From positions 438,555-502,554 of the forward strand of contig JABFOP010000159.1 in the NCBI GenBank assembly GCA_016618385.1: a stretch of 64,000 nt of DNA, given 5' to 3'. The notes below the pieces were generated by a model. That model did not search any database. It was not told where the DNA came from and saw nothing but the letters and a program-made list of their open reading frames with translations. This document shows positions 21,592-34,687 of the stretch, piece after piece. The DNA is from Nymphon striatum (lineage: Eukaryota). A program made the position numbers and the translations under genes. Numbering within the stretch: position 1 is the first letter of the stretch; every line of letters starts with the position of its first letter.

Positions 21592-22866
21592 ATGGCAAGT
21601 GTTGTTCACGAGGTCACATCTTCTCCTTGCATAGAATGTCAAAAACCCGTTGTGAAGGGGTGTCAAATTTTAACATGCAATCATATATCTTGCAGACAAT
21701 GTTTACGGAAGACAAGCACTCAGAAACACCCCCGGAGTCTACCAGTTGTTTTCTGCAAAACGTGCAAAAGATCTGTAGCAGCAATCGACGAAGAACGAAA
21801 AAGGTATGATTGCAACATTTGTGGCAAGAAGCAGACAGTTCTGTGCGAAAACTGTGCAATGTTTTTCTGCAATCGTTGTGTCTTGACGTTGCATGTCGAT
21901 CCAAGAACCAGAGACCATTTTTTCTTAAGTTTCACAACGAAGTCTGGAAATTCGGCAAATAAAGTTGCTGACACTGGTGTTATCCCAAAAGAATGTCCAG
22001 ATAAAAGCGTACGGTTCTTTGGGAGCTACGGTACCGCTGATGGAGAATTCGTCTGCCCAAAAGGAATTTGTTCAGATCACATGGGACGAATAATAATTGT
22101 GGAAACTTTTAATCACAGAATACAGGTCTTTGACAAGAATGGTAATTTCCTGCTCAAGTTCGGCAGCCTTGGCAACAAACCAGGGCAGTTCAAAACACCT
22201 ACTGGTGTTGCCAGTAACTCCGAAGCACACATAATTGTATCTGACAGTGGCAACAACAGGATACAGATCTTCAATGCATATGGTGATTTCATCCACGAGT
22301 TTGATGGCTGTGGTAGTGATGCAGACAAATTTAACAGGCCATTGGATGTTTGCGTGAACGAGAATGATCAAATTTTGGTTGCAGACTTTAAGAACCTGCG
22401 TGTCCAGTTGTTCACCAGAGACGGTATATACATTTACTCTTACGAATTTGATAAAACCTTCGCCGCATTTTCAAACTCTCCTTTTGAGCCTCAAGGTGTG
22501 TTCTCAAAAAAAGGCAAATTTTTCGTTACCGATGTTAGGAAAAGCCTGTACGTCGTACTAGACGAGAAGCTGGAAACTGCAAGATACTTTGGAAGACTTG
22601 TTTCTTGGAATGGGGCGTACATGAATCCAAACGGCATAACCGTAGACGAAAAGGGGCGCAGATTTTTAACCGATTGTATTAGCCGTGGTATACAAGTTTA
22701 TAGAGAGGATAATGAATATTTAGGCCTCATTAATACCGATATGGCTAGCCCATCTGGTATTTGTTTCACAGCAGAAGGCGATTTGATAGTCAGCGATTCT
22801 GGTTGCAACAGGATCGGAATATTCAGCGAAGAGTTCGTCTATAGAATATTGGAAAGTTTTAAGTAA
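21592..22866 (+). CDS. Single-exon RING / B-box / 6xNHL-repeat protein (TRIM-NHL-like E3 ligase family)
   Basis: RING: 'CIECQ...CQILTCNHISCRQC...VVFCKTC'. B-box: 'CNICGKKQTVLCENCAMFFCNRCVLTLH'. Repeated NHL blades: 'GQFKTPTGVASNSEAHIIVSDSGNNRIQIF', 'FNRPLDVCVNENDQILVADFKNLRVQLF', and so on. It is an uninterrupted 424-codon ORF. Confidence 0.75.
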   Translation: MASVVHEVTSSPCIECQKPVVKGCQILTCNHISCRQCLRKTSTQKHPRSLPVVFCKTCKRSVAAIDEERKRYDCNICGKKQTVLCENCAMFFCNRCVLTLHVDPRTRDHFFLSFTTKSGNSANKVADTGVIPKECPDKSVRFFGSYGTADGEFVCPKGICSDHMGRIIIVETFNHRIQVFDKNGNFLLKFGSLGNKPGQFKTPTGVASNSEAHIIVSDSGNNRIQIFNAYGDFIHEFDGCGSDADKFNRPLDVCVNENDQILVADFKNLRVQLFTRDGIYIYSYEFDKTFAAFSNSPFEPQGVFSKKGKFFVTDVRKSLYVVLDEKLETARYFGRLVSWNGAYMNPNGITVDEKGRRFLTDCISRGIQVYREDNEYLGLINTDMASPSGICFTAEGDLIVSDSGCNRIGIFSEEFVYRILESFK

Positions 22867-23236
22867 AGTCTGTTTCAAGCTTATTTTGCATGACTTTTTA
22901 AAAAAAAATCTTGTTTTATATAAACATCTTAATTATTTGTAATAATAATTTTATTTATCGTAAAATCAAAAAATAAAATTCCAATTTTTAGATAAATTTA
23001 TAATTCTAATTCACTGAACTCTCATCACTGCTTGCTGCAAACCCTAATCAATCTGGTCTTTAGGCTCCATTTCTCAAATCTTTTATTATTGTGCCATGAA
23101 CATTTTTTTCTGACATTCTTAAAAATCACTTAAACAACATCTCAATCCAAGTTTTCCAAAGTAAAAATGACGCTGACACGTTAATCACTTAAAGTTTTTT
23201 TCTAGATATCGCGAGAGAAGGTAAGGAGTATTAGTT

Positions 23237-23548
23237 TTGTTAGTTGCATCAAAAAGAAGTAAAGATGGAATGAAAATTAAAAATATTAAGTCAATTATAT
23301 CAAATATTGGAGAAAATGTAACAAATAATTTGCTATTTGCACACTCTTGGACAGGCTGTTGCACACAATATTCAATGTATGGTTATGGAAAGGGTTCCGT
23401 GTTAAAACTGTTTGATCAAAATATCAATATAGAAAAAACTCGTCAAATATTTTACAAAAGTAATGTGCCAAAAACAGAAATAGCTACAGCTGGCAACAAT
23501 ATATTTTCTGCATTGTTCAACTTGGCTGTTCCAGGAAAAAATGTCTAG
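23237..23548 (+). pseudogene. Fragment of the FEN-like/H3TH protein family (C-terminal H3TH-like part only)
   Basis: 'LLFAHSWTGCCTQYSMYGYGKGSVLKLF' aligns with 'ILSGCDSVSYPFKRGKKRTVKVAL' (59845 ORF) and 'IHTLSGCDSTSKVGPK' (56072 ORF). No upstream PIN part is present. Confidence 0.35.
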
Positions 23549-23925
23549 GGGGAGAGGAACGACGAGCTATTTTTATTCGGTGGGTGGGGGTATTTTTTAA
23601 TTAAAATTCTCTTGGTAGTGGGTAGGTTGATCGACATTTGTTGCATATGTATGTTGGAACTTTTTCATAGAGTAATTGGTTCATATACATAAAACATACA
23701 CATTTCCATGTCAAATTTATTAATATTGAACACATAAATGTGTTAAAAGTATAAACAAACATGAATAAAATTGTTAATGCAATATTTTAAATTTTTTAGG
23801 TGGGGGGTAAAATTGAAATCAAATTCTATGGGGAGTGTCCAAAAAATGATTAAAATTCGATAGGTGGTACCCTAAAAATAGCTCGTCGTTCCTCCCCCCT
23901 AGACATTTTTTCCTGGAACAGCCCT
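23525..23925. repeat. Inverted repeat (about 45-bp arms, about 290-bp loop) overlapping the end of the 23237 ORF
   Basis: 'ggaaaaaatgtctagggggagaggaacgacgagctatttttat' at 23530-23575 is the reverse complement of 'ataaaaatagctcgtcgttcctcccccctagacattttttcc' at 23868-23910. Confidence 0.5.
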
Positions 23926-24447
23926 TAGGTACAAATCACGATTTAAACTTACTTTGACTTAACTTTTATTTCCGTCTAATATCAACCACCAAAGGTATAA
24001 TTAACCAGAACGATTACCACCCTCACTGACTGCAGCGAAATATCATAGTTATCAAAATATCAAAATACCATATCATAGTAGAAAAAAAGATTATGAAAAA
24101 AAATATTTAAACCAAAAATCATATCCCAAAGTAAAATCATAGAGTAAAATTATTATTAAATGTATATCGTAATTAGCAATTGTTTCCGTGTGAATCTGTG
24201 TGGTTGTCATCACATGGAGTGAGTGATATATCCGTGTCCTATCTATTACAATACTACTGTCTGTCTGTCTGTTCGTCCGTTCGTGCGAAGTTTTCCACCC
24301 CACATTAGAGAGGAGAGAGGGGGGAAACATGCTCGTCGGCTAATTCATTCAACACTGAACTCAACCCCTTTTGGATTACTCTATTTTGAAATTAAGAAAC
24401 GTTTACCTCACTTCCTTTTTTTATGACTACACTGAAAGAAAATACTA

Positions 24448-24820
24448 AAGTGACTGAGTAATACTGGGTGGTTAAGATCTCTAGTCTGGGTTTAAATGGT
24501 CCAGGTTCGAATCTCATTCGAATCCCCCCTCTTTCATCATTTACGTTGTGTATTATAGCGCTCTCCTCTCTGATACTGGATACAGGCTGGTTTTAGAGAG
24601 AAAATACTCCGTCCCTCGGATAGGACGTTAATTGAGGTTCCGTGTAATGGAGAGACATGCCCTCTGCACGTTAAAGAACTCACTTCACTATTCGAACAAG
24701 AGTAGGGTGGAAGGTCCTGATGAAGTGGTACACTTGCATTATATAAAGATGATTTCCTCGCCAACAAGCAATTGGGCCAGCATAGCTAGTGTAACGCCCT
24801 ACTATCCCCAACTAGAGGTC
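24448..24820 (+). mobile_element. SINE copy (head + core, alternative tail)
   Basis: 'gggtggttaagatctctagtctgggtttaaatggtccaggttcgaatc' head plus core '...ttagagagaaaatactccgtccctcggataggacgttaa...cacttcactattcgaacaagagtagggtgg'. Confidence 0.6.
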
Positions 24821-24835
24821 CTCTAAATTAAAAAC

Positions 24836-24926
24836 AGCTGTTGATAGAGAGGACTGGAGATCTAGAAAGGAGGACTTTGCTCAGCAGTGGGCCTAGTTAA
24901 GTCTGATAATGATGATGATGATGACT
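24836..24926 (+). mobile_element. RTE 3'-end fragment (about 90 bp) with (GAT)n
   Basis: 'gatagagaggactggagatctagaaaggaggactttgctcagcagtgggcc...gataatgatgatgatgatgac' matches 21240-21324. Confidence 0.5.
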
Positions 24927-26514
24927 TAAATTAATAAATAAATTGGAGGAATTTCATAGTTATATTGTAATATTTTCAATCAACATACTCTTACTGTTGA
25001 ATTTAGTTATTCTTATTATCTTTTTTTCTATTTACGTATAAATATAATAATTTTTTTAAATTACCGAATTTTCTTTCTGTTACGTCTTTCATTGAATACA
25101 GTTTGGAGTTTCAGAATTTATTTTGATACTTAAAGGGATACTCCACTCATTGGGTGTAAAAAAAAAAATATTCCCAATCCATAGTACATATCAAACAACA
25201 ACTCCTGATTTAAAAATATTTTTTTTTTCTAGTTCTTTTAATATCTTTAAACGTATTTTAAAATAAACTACGTTGGGTCGATCCATGACCTCATATTACA
25301 TTATAGCTTGTACCATCAAAAGCAATTGCGTTATTCTCATTAACTTTGTTTTAGATCTGAATGGTCCCCGGGTAGAAAATTAGGATTCTAAAGAGACACA
25401 TTTTAAAAAGGGTAGAGTAAAACAATTGGGTCTAGTAATTTGTGGGGATCACAGATTTAAATAATAATAATAACAAAAATAATGGTGATGATAATATTTA
25501 TTCTTTTTTTTTAGTGCATCACAATATACAGTAATTTCAATGTCATTTAAATATCTTTACACAGATATTTCAACTGAATACTTCATAAAATGTATCTTTA
25601 TTTATTTATTTCAGAAATATTGATTAGACAATAAAGAAAAATTATAGTTTTGATAGAAAAAATAGCAAAGCAAACATTTTTAATTGATTATTTTAATAGT
25701 GATTAGACTATAAAAAATAACTATAGTTTTGATAGAAATAATAGCAAAGCAAACATTTTTTAAAAAGCATAATGATATATATTTTGGTCTATATATATAC
25801 CCTTCTCTAGTTACTCTAGTTACCGCTAACCTTACTGGTACAATATTTATATTTATCTTCCCAGATATAGTATATATTCTGAGTAGATATTATGTTGCAT
25901 TGGAAATTTCCACTCACTTCTTTTTTTTTATTCTTAGTTATATTTGAAAATTATGATATACCACCATCAAATAAGTTTTATTTAACTTTATTTCCGTTTC
26001 TTTATTAATGTCTAAAAAATAAAACTTTAAGGGATTCGACATAGCAAATATTTTTGGTCACCAACTCAAATCATATTATATTTCAAAGCATTCTTATTCT
26101 AAACATATTTTATTGGTTTTTTTATAGTTTTTTATAGTTATATTTTATCCGTTTGGTTTAATCTGTTATTTCCAGTGAAACGAATTCAAGTAACTAAACT
26201 ACGCCAACATTCACTAAAACTAAAAAAAAAAACATTATTTTATTGTTACATCGTTACAATCAAGTTTGGGTAGTTTTTCTTCAAGTGATGTTTTCTCAGT
26301 TTTATATCAGTTCACACAAAATCTACAGATTAATGTATTTCTACAGAATTAGGTAACGTTTTGTACTCTAAGTATCATGTATCAATCTATCAATCTATCA
26401 CAAATGTTCACGTAAGGGTCACCAATATAGTTGTGGAAAATATTGATTTTAAACATTATTGCCCGCATAAAATTAAACATATAAAATAACTGAAAAATAT
26501 CCAATATATAAATA

Positions 26515-27476
26515 TATGTGACCCGCCACAGCAAAATGAGTCGTAAGTCGCCAAATTGAGATTTGGAGTTATAAATACCAATAGAAAGATAAGAATGTCA
26601 GCTTTCATTAAATCCAAACAGTTTTTCAATCCATCAACCGGTTACCGAATTATGACATTTTAAAGATGTCAAGGTATCGGAGATAAAACGAAAAATATTC
26701 TGAGATAATTGATCTTAAACATCATCATAATTGTAAGTTTAAAAATCCATAGCAACTATTAAGCTATCTTCACCAAATTTTGCATGGTTATTCATATGGA
26801 TGTTGTCAAAGAGTTCTGAAAGTTATATGTACCTATCTTGGGTCCTTCCCTAAAAATTGGGTTTCAATAAGAAAAGTTCCAATCCATAATTCAAAACGAA
26901 AATACGGCCGTACTTTCAATGTAAACAAACGTGTGTGAATTCAGCGAGAAATGTCGTCTGCCATCAATGAACATGGCATAGTAAGCGATACTCGTCACGT
27001 GGGCCACGGGAGCCAATCAGCGATGGCGAATGGTGTAATCCTAGCAACAAGCGTCATTTTTTTATGGAATACCGGTGGAAATACCGAGCGATAATTGATT
27101 TATATTGGGAAAAACCCGAACATGCCTTATACTATTTAGAAACTAGACAAAGAGACGATTCCGTACATGTTAAATTTTCATGGGGTTTCCGCGGAGAAAT
27201 GTTTAGATTTAATGATCGAAAATGAGGTAATTTGACTAATTTCATGCATTGTTTTATATTATAGTTTCAATATCAACTCGGGAAAACATAAATTTAAGTA
27301 AGTTAGAGTGGTTTAATCAACTGAACCTTTACATTAAATTAATTATCGGGTTTTATTTTATATAGATACGTAAAAATCGAAAAATCGAAAATGTTAAGCT
27401 TTCTTTGCTTTAATCGGCTATAGCTCAGTTCGTACATGTGCGACTTACGACTCATTTTGCTGTGGCGGGTCACATA
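26515..27476. mobile_element. MITE family B copy 2
   Basis: 'tatgtgacccgccacagcaaaatgagtcgtaagtcg' ... 'cgacttacgactcattttgctgtggcgggtcacata'. 'ta' flanks both ends. It is inserted into one copy of a segmentally duplicated sequence and is absent from the paralogous copy at 37780-38230. Confidence 0.6.
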
Positions 27477-28249
27477 TGATAAAATTGTTATCAAGTAGTG
27501 ATCTCCCCAAAAGTTTATCATTTGTTACCTTGACAGAAAATTGGTGTTTATTTGACTTGTCTGCATGAAGATAAAAAGATGCTGGATTGTAACCCGACAA
27601 CTTTATAGTCTCATATATAAATACAGAAAAACGCGGGTTGGTATCATTAATTATTTTGACAATTTTTCTTTACATTCCATCTCCACCATAAATAGACATC
27701 AAACCATCGGTTTGGATACACTTTTACTCTTAAAATAATTCTTAGTTTATTGAAAACGCTAAATTTTTGGAACTAATTCAAAACTATACTTGCTTACAAT
27801 ACAAAAACAGTTGTAACCATAGCCCACGCGAGCTATCATACTCAATTGGCTTACATATTAATTATTTGTAAAAAAATGCATCCCATTTAGCAAAGTTTTA
27901 AATAATAAAGCCCGTCCATGTCTTTCTCTCATAAAATACACAGTTAATATAACATATCTTTATCCTAATCTTTATATTATATAACAGAAAAGTCTCCGTA
28001 CATTAGTTGATTTTTCACCGTATGATAACATTTGCGTGACTATGATTTGCTTCTGTGCGAAGCAAAAAAACCGTGAGTTTGGGAGGAGTAAACCCTCCAT
28101 GAAGGCTTGCTGGTCCCAAGTAGCGAAGCACAAAAACAGGGGGATTATTTAATAAATGAAAGCCCGCAAGTACCGTATAACCGCGAAACACTGGATCAGT
28201 CACTTTAAGATAAAAACAAGAAAAATGTTATGTAAATATCGACTCATAT

Positions 28250-29175
28250 TTTTTATTTTTTTTTTTTTAGTTATATTTGAAAATAATGATATTCCACCAT
28301 CTTAATTTTATCTAAATTTATTTTTGTTTCTTTATTAATGTCTAAAAAACAAAACTTAAATAATTTCGGTCACCAACTCAAATCATATTATATTTCAAAG
28401 CATTCATGTTCTAAAATAAACTTTTTATTTCCCTGGGTATTATCAGTTAAATCTGGCATTTCCAGTAAACCACATATAAATGCAGATAACTAAACTACGC
28501 CAACGTCCACTAAAATTTAAACAAAAAAAAACATTACTTTTTGTCACATCATGCATTCCAATCAGGCTTGGTTAATTAATTTCACTATATCGTCCCTCAA
28601 AACTTCAAGACTGAGAAAGAATCCAAAATACGGAGATTTATTAACACAAAAGAAATTTAAGAACAAGCTAACAACATTTAAAATACGTCAGTCTTGAAGG
28701 CCACATGCTCCTACCAACGCATGCAACGATGACGTGCAACCACTTTTTGACCACAATTACGGACAGTTCCTCAGTGCAAATTGCCTGTTGCCCAAGCAAT
28801 AAACCCCAAGGGCCAGCCACCATTTATATACAATCCTACGGTGCAAGTTGCTTGTTGCCCAAACAGTGGTTTCATTCTAAAATTCTCCGCCTCGTCTCTT
28901 CAACCTCCGCGTCCTCGCTTGAGGGTGGGCTCCTGTAGAATGGTTAATTAATATCGCTTTTTCTTCATATGATTTTTCTCAGCTTTACACAGATTCATGA
29001 GGTCTTCTGTACAAGTAAATACAAAAATTGTTAGTTGTAGTATCAAATTAAATTATTAGACTTTACTATTTTTATTATGCAAAGAATCCAGTGAAAAAAT
29101 TGTAGCAGTTCACACAACATCTGCAGATTAATATATTTCTACCAAAGTAAGTAACGTTTTGTACCTTAAGCCTCA
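28250..29175. repeat. Dispersed/segmental duplicate of 25900-26390
   Basis: 'agttatatttgaaaat.atgatat.ccaccatc...ctttattaatgtctaaaaaa.aaaactt...ggtcaccaactcaaatcatattatatttcaaagcattc' is shared by both. The tail 'gttcacacaa.atctgcagattaat.tatttctac' is shared at 26300 and 29110. Confidence 0.5.
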
Positions 29176-30061
29176 GTCACACATTCAGGATTTTTACTGC
29201 CGTCCTTGATAGGACCATTCCCGATTAAAATTTGCTAAAAGGCTGATCAAGAGATCTTGTGATTCGTGGCTGGAAATTCAAACTTTATTAAAATTTGTAA
29301 AACCATTTATTAAATCACGACAACAACAAGATATTGTTCAGGAAGCGTCCCGATTCAGCCGTTTCTAGCCGAATTCGTCCCAATTATCCCGTTCTTAATC
29401 CGATTCTAATGCAATTTGTATCTTTCGCATGGTAAAATACGACCGAATCTGTCAGCGTCCCGATTCTCCCGAATGCAATCCCACAGAGATAAGACGGTGA
29501 ATCGACGCTGACGGAAGACAGAAATGTCTCCAGATCATGCCCGTTTTACAGGACACCGTCCCGACACATTTACGATATTGATCCGATACGGCAGGATATG
29601 TCACGACATAGTCACGATTGTAATCCAACTAGACCGAATCGGCTGAGTTTCCCAAATGTTCCGGGACGCACCTAACTGTCGGGCCGAGCTCGTCGGACCA
29701 TTCCCGATCCGTTGGACTTGGTTACGAACGTATACGACTGCGTTCAAACAATGATAAGACATTCCAGCTCATTGAGGATAGTAATCCGGCTTTTTCATTG
29801 TTCGTGTCGTAGCGCTGTATGATCCCAGACGGCAACCATGATCGACGCTGTTTGAACGCTGTCTAACTGTCGGGGGTGCTTGGCCAACTTTGTCATATCC
29901 TCAAATATGACCCAACTAAACAAGTTAGCCAAAGGATTCTCAGCCCCATCATAGAGATGTTATAGAGTCGGACATAGCTAACAAACGACTCCGAATGAGC
30001 CTTAAAGGTATCGGTGGGTCGTAGTTATGCCTCAGCAACGACTGAACCCCATAAGAAAACC

Positions 30062-30245
30062 CGCAATTGGGGGAATTATTCCCAATCATTTCACACCTAG
30101 TAAAATTCCCACACAAAAAACGAAGATGGAACCGGACCCTTCATAGCCAGACTAGGCAAATAAAACCCCATAAAAGAACCCGCAATTGGGGGAATTATCC
30201 CCAATAACTTCACATCTGGTAAAAATCTCCATAAAAAACTTTCAT
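30062..30245. repeat. About 120-bp tandem duplication
   Basis: 'ccataa.aaaacccgcaattgggggaattat.cccaat.a.ttcaca.ct.gtaaaa' occurs twice. Confidence 0.5.
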
Positions 30246-32389
30246 AAAACATTTCCATAATTCTATATTCCGTGTACCCACACCAACCCCACGCCAACCC
30301 ACGTGACATATCCGGTTTAAGCCAGTATGCCAAGAACAAGAAAAGGAAGTTATCAAAGTCCTATATATACCCTAAAAAAATCTTTGAATTATTATCTGAT
30401 CTCCAGACCTAAGAGTGAAAGTCACTTTCACTTTTGTTGAACTCTACTATCGAATTCTCGACGATGTAAGTAAATTCTTTTTTCTTTGGAGTATCTCTTC
30501 TGTCTTGGAAGAACTCTACTATAGGGACTCATCCCTCTTACCATATTCACAAACCCCCTTTTATGACAAACCTTGAAACCACCCATAACCCCTGCTTAGA
30601 CTCCGGATTAACTCTGGAACGGACTAAAACGTCCATAAGATCGGACCCTGAACCGAGAATCACTTTGGGTTAACCATCCCTATTAATTCACCCATTTATG
30701 TATTTATCAAGTAACCACCTATCACTATAATCATTTTGAAATTGTTGAATTATATCTTTAGTAGAATTTTATCACTTATGTATGTAACCAAATTTTCAAC
30801 TATTAAACCAATCATTAAAATGTCACACTAACTCTTTCATTCCGGGCAGTAATGAAGAAGTTCATAGATCCATATTAGACTGTGGGGCAAGAGCAAATTA
30901 ACCATTCAGAAAACAAGTTTCGTAGTCCCATCAACGGCAGAGAAAACTAACTATACTAATTGATTGTGATGAAGCTGCTGATGAGAAAAAACCTTTGTTC
31001 TCCAAATTTCGTGCACCCGTTAATGAGATAATCCGCTAATTAGTTTTTAGCATTTTAACAAGAATTCCTTGAAAAAGACTAGCCTTCTCATGCCCGTAGC
31101 CAGGATTTTTTATGGGGGGGTGCCTTTTTTCGAATATAGGGACCAGTTTCAAGATGAAAGTATATAGAGAATACGATGTGGTCGTGTTTGGTATCCTGTT
31201 TATCACATAATCAATAGATAGCTTTAAAAATTAAGTAAAATTAATTTAAAATAGATTCAGTTTGAACAAATGTATAAAGAAAATTGTAAGGTTTTATCAA
31301 AGAGCCCTCCGGCCAAATTATTATAAACATTTTCCGATCTGTCACCTCTTTAAAATGCTCGTAAATAAGTTAAATTACACTGTTGAAACCCCCCGGTCAA
31401 ACCATTAAAATGGGGACCTGGTCAAGTCAAATTCAATAAAAGCATCTGAGTAAAATGGAAAACCATTAAGAAAACTAATAGATAAGAGCCATTTGACATT
31501 TTTCAAGATTATTGCCACTTTAAATCGGTTACCCATTAAAAACATCTCTCACCGTTAAGAAGTTAATCGTTTTATAACACGTTTTTATACATGTGTTTAT
31601 ACCATTTTTAGGTCCACTGAGATCGGTAGAATAACCGCCCTATTATGTGATAAACATTATTATCTGCAATGATGACAAGGTCGAGGGACAAAATTGCAAC
31701 TGCAGCTCAACTGGGCAAGCAAGCTCTCTACAGGAAATTAAAATTGCCCAGAAACACAAAAATGAGCGAGAATCTAAAAATATTTATTTTTGAAAAATTT
31801 TTTAAAAGTGCATATTCAAGTGTAATTTTTCAAAGTGGACCTTTGGCTGTTTTGTGGGGGGGGGGGTGCCCAGGCACCCTAAACACCCCCTCTGGCCACG
31901 GGCATGCTTCTTCTTTTCAAAAAATGGTACAAGTTTTTCCTCAGGAGCCTGTAGAGTGCGCTCTCTGGTCTTTTTTTACTGTCTTTTGCCTGTCGTTTGT
32001 CGAGTCCATAATGGGACGAGAACTTGCAGCTGATCTGTGCTGAATTGCGATGCCGTTGGTATTGTGTGTAGTGCCTCTTCCTGAGAGTGTCTCCTCACCA
32101 AAGTCATTGTTATCCCACACAAGTGTTGTAAAAACACTTTCTTGGAGGCATGACGGCAACTTGGATCCACCAGTACGGATTTCCTGCTTGGCCAATGCAG
32201 TGTCATCTTCCAGTGCCAAAGTATGAGACGTTGCATGATTAAAACCATTAAGAAGACCAATCAGATGGGCCGAGCCGGTGAGATGTCGAACAGCCATGGC
32301 AAGAGAGGTGAGTTTTGGCATTGGTTTTCTTCCCTTTGAAGCTAAGTATATCACGTCTTGAGATATCGAAAGAGATATCAAAAATTTCA

Positions 32390-32960
32390 GATAGCTTTGG
32401 AGTCTTTTCAAATTTCTCTAAAATGTTTCGAAAACAAAATTTATATTAAAAGTTGGCGATAGCTTCGCCGTCATTTCAAAAATTTCAGATAGCTTTGCCA
32501 TCTTTTCAAATTTCTCTAAAATGTTTCAGAAACTAAGTCCACACTAAAAGTTGGCGATAGCTTCGCCGTCATTCCGAAAATTGCAGATAGCTTCACCGTC
32601 ATTTTAAAAATTGGCGTGAGCTTCGCTGTATTTGTTAATTTCTATGAAAAATTTCAAAAATGAAGTCGACTTACGGCAGCCCCAAAACGTTAATTTTCTT
32701 GGACAAAATGTCAATATAAAAATTGGCGATAGCTTCACCATCATTTTAAAAATTGGCGAGAGCTTCGGTATATTTGTTAATTTCTCAGAAGAACTTAAAT
32801 AACCAAGTCGACCTACGGCAGCTACAGAACCAACAACTTAATTGTTTTGGAAAAAATGTCAACGTAGAAAGTTGGTGATAACTTTGCCGTCATTTCAAAA
32901 ATTGGCTATAGCTTTGCAGTCTTTTCTTTAAAAAAGTCCACATTAAAATTGGTGATAGCT
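32390..32960. repeat. Satellite-like tandem array (about 65/130-bp periodicity)
   Basis: Recurring 'aattggcgatagcttcgccgtcatttcaaaaat' / 'tcagatagctttgccatcttttcaaatttctctaaaatgtttc' units. Confidence 0.55.
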
Positions 32961-33136
32961 TGACTCAGGCTGCCACTTCTGTGCCAGTTCTATTTTTATG
33001 TTAAAAAAGTGCCCCTTGTCTAAATAATGCCTTGTATTTTGAGGCCTGGGCTAGGCTGGGCACAGGTGTAAGCCTATATAAAATATAATATACACGCTGA
33101 TTTTAAAAATGTAAACAACACATCACACGTCACACC

Positions 33137-34612
33137 CAGGGGCGGATCTAGGAATTTTGAAAGGGGGGTGGCTAGGATAGGAATTTTCCTTCACCTATCG
33201 GCGTGCGTTTTTGAGAAACAGATCATATTTTGGTTTCTAAATTTTACTCAAAATTAAAGATAAACCATTTCGATTTTGTAGCTAGATTACAATAAAAAAC
33301 ATAATAATAATATTTAAAAAATAACACACAAAAATATACCATTGCTATAAGTATAATTCATTACTTCAAGTATACTGTTGCGTCTAAATCCTTAAGTTCA
33401 AAATTAATGGTAGTCTAGTAGTCACAAAAAGCATGATGTTGCAGTTTGACAAAAGTAGGCCTACTACAACGAGAAAAGACTTTGTCCCTGCTGTCCATGG
33501 ATGTAATGTAATGAAGCGGTTGACAATTTCCTCAGTGGAAACAAGGATATTACCATGCATGGCAATCACACAAAGGTCTGATAATCTATCTGTGGACATA
33601 AATGACCGAAGCCATGAGTGAATACGCCGCACACAAGAAAAGGACCTTTCGGCTTCACAGCTTCCAAGTGGCAATACTGCAAGAATGCTCAGCAACTCCC
33701 TGATATTTGGGAAAAATGTAGTGTCTGCATGATGCTGAATCAAATATGTAACTCATGAAGATGAAGAAACCTTTTTGAGGTTGTTGCTCAAATGCTGCCA
33801 TCTAAGAAGTTCATTCATACTAGTAGTAATAAAATATATGTATTTTATTGGTATAAACATATCAGGTTTTCTCTATGAGCAGGGCGACATCTAGTTCAGC
33901 TGCCGGCCGCCGCGAAATTTTTTCTCCAAAACGAAAATTAGGTCGTCTGGAGCAAACCTCACGTGATTGGATGCCGTGAGGTTTGCTCCAGACGACTTAA
34001 TTTTGATGAAATCGTATGGGAAAAAAAATTTCGCGGCCGGCAGCTGAACTAGAAGTCGCAATTATCATAGAGAAATCCTGATAGGCACTAAAATCCACTT
34101 TCCCAAGCGAAATTGTGGTCAATTTTGAAGATTTTATTTGCAAAATGACGACTGTTTCCCCCTCTATCGGAAATTGAATGAACAATTACTGTTCACTCGT
34201 CCAAATCGAGCCAAAACTGGGATTTCCGGAGACGCGCGAAAATCGTCGCTCAATTTGGTATCAGAAAAGGAAAAAACACACCAACTTCAAAATCGTTTTC
34301 CCAAACGAAGAAAAGAGGAAAGTTAATGAAATGTTTTTCTTCAGAAAGAGGAAAGCGCAGTTGTTCCGAAAATGAATGAACAATATGTGTGAAGTAACGG
34401 ACAGTTTCTCAGTTTACACTTGAAAATTTCCGTAATAGAGTTTCCCATTGATCTTTTGGGATGCTGAATCAGCCGAAATGAACGTTCGTTTCATCGATGC
34501 TGCCGTATGTTCCCATAAAATCTGATATGAAAAATACTATAAAAAAAATATATTTTTGGGTTGCAAGGGGGGGTGGCTAGCCACCGAATCCACCCCCCTA
34601 GATCCGCCCCTG
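33137..34612. mobile_element. Non-autonomous hAT element (TIR CAGGGGCGGATCTAGG) retaining only a hAT dimerisation-domain remnant
   Basis: Termini 'caggggcggatctaggaattttgaaaggggggtggctag' and 'ctagccaccgaatccacccccctagatccgcccctg' are inverted. The internal minus ORF 33384-33743, '...ILAVLPLGSCEAERSFSCVRRIHSWLRSFMSTDRLSDLCVIAMH', is a hAT C-terminal domain. Confidence 0.65.
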
Positions 34613-34687
34613 CACACCGTCACACCCCAGCAGTAAATATAAGCCAGTTTAAAATAATGCTGATTTGGCCATGAGCCAACATAATAT

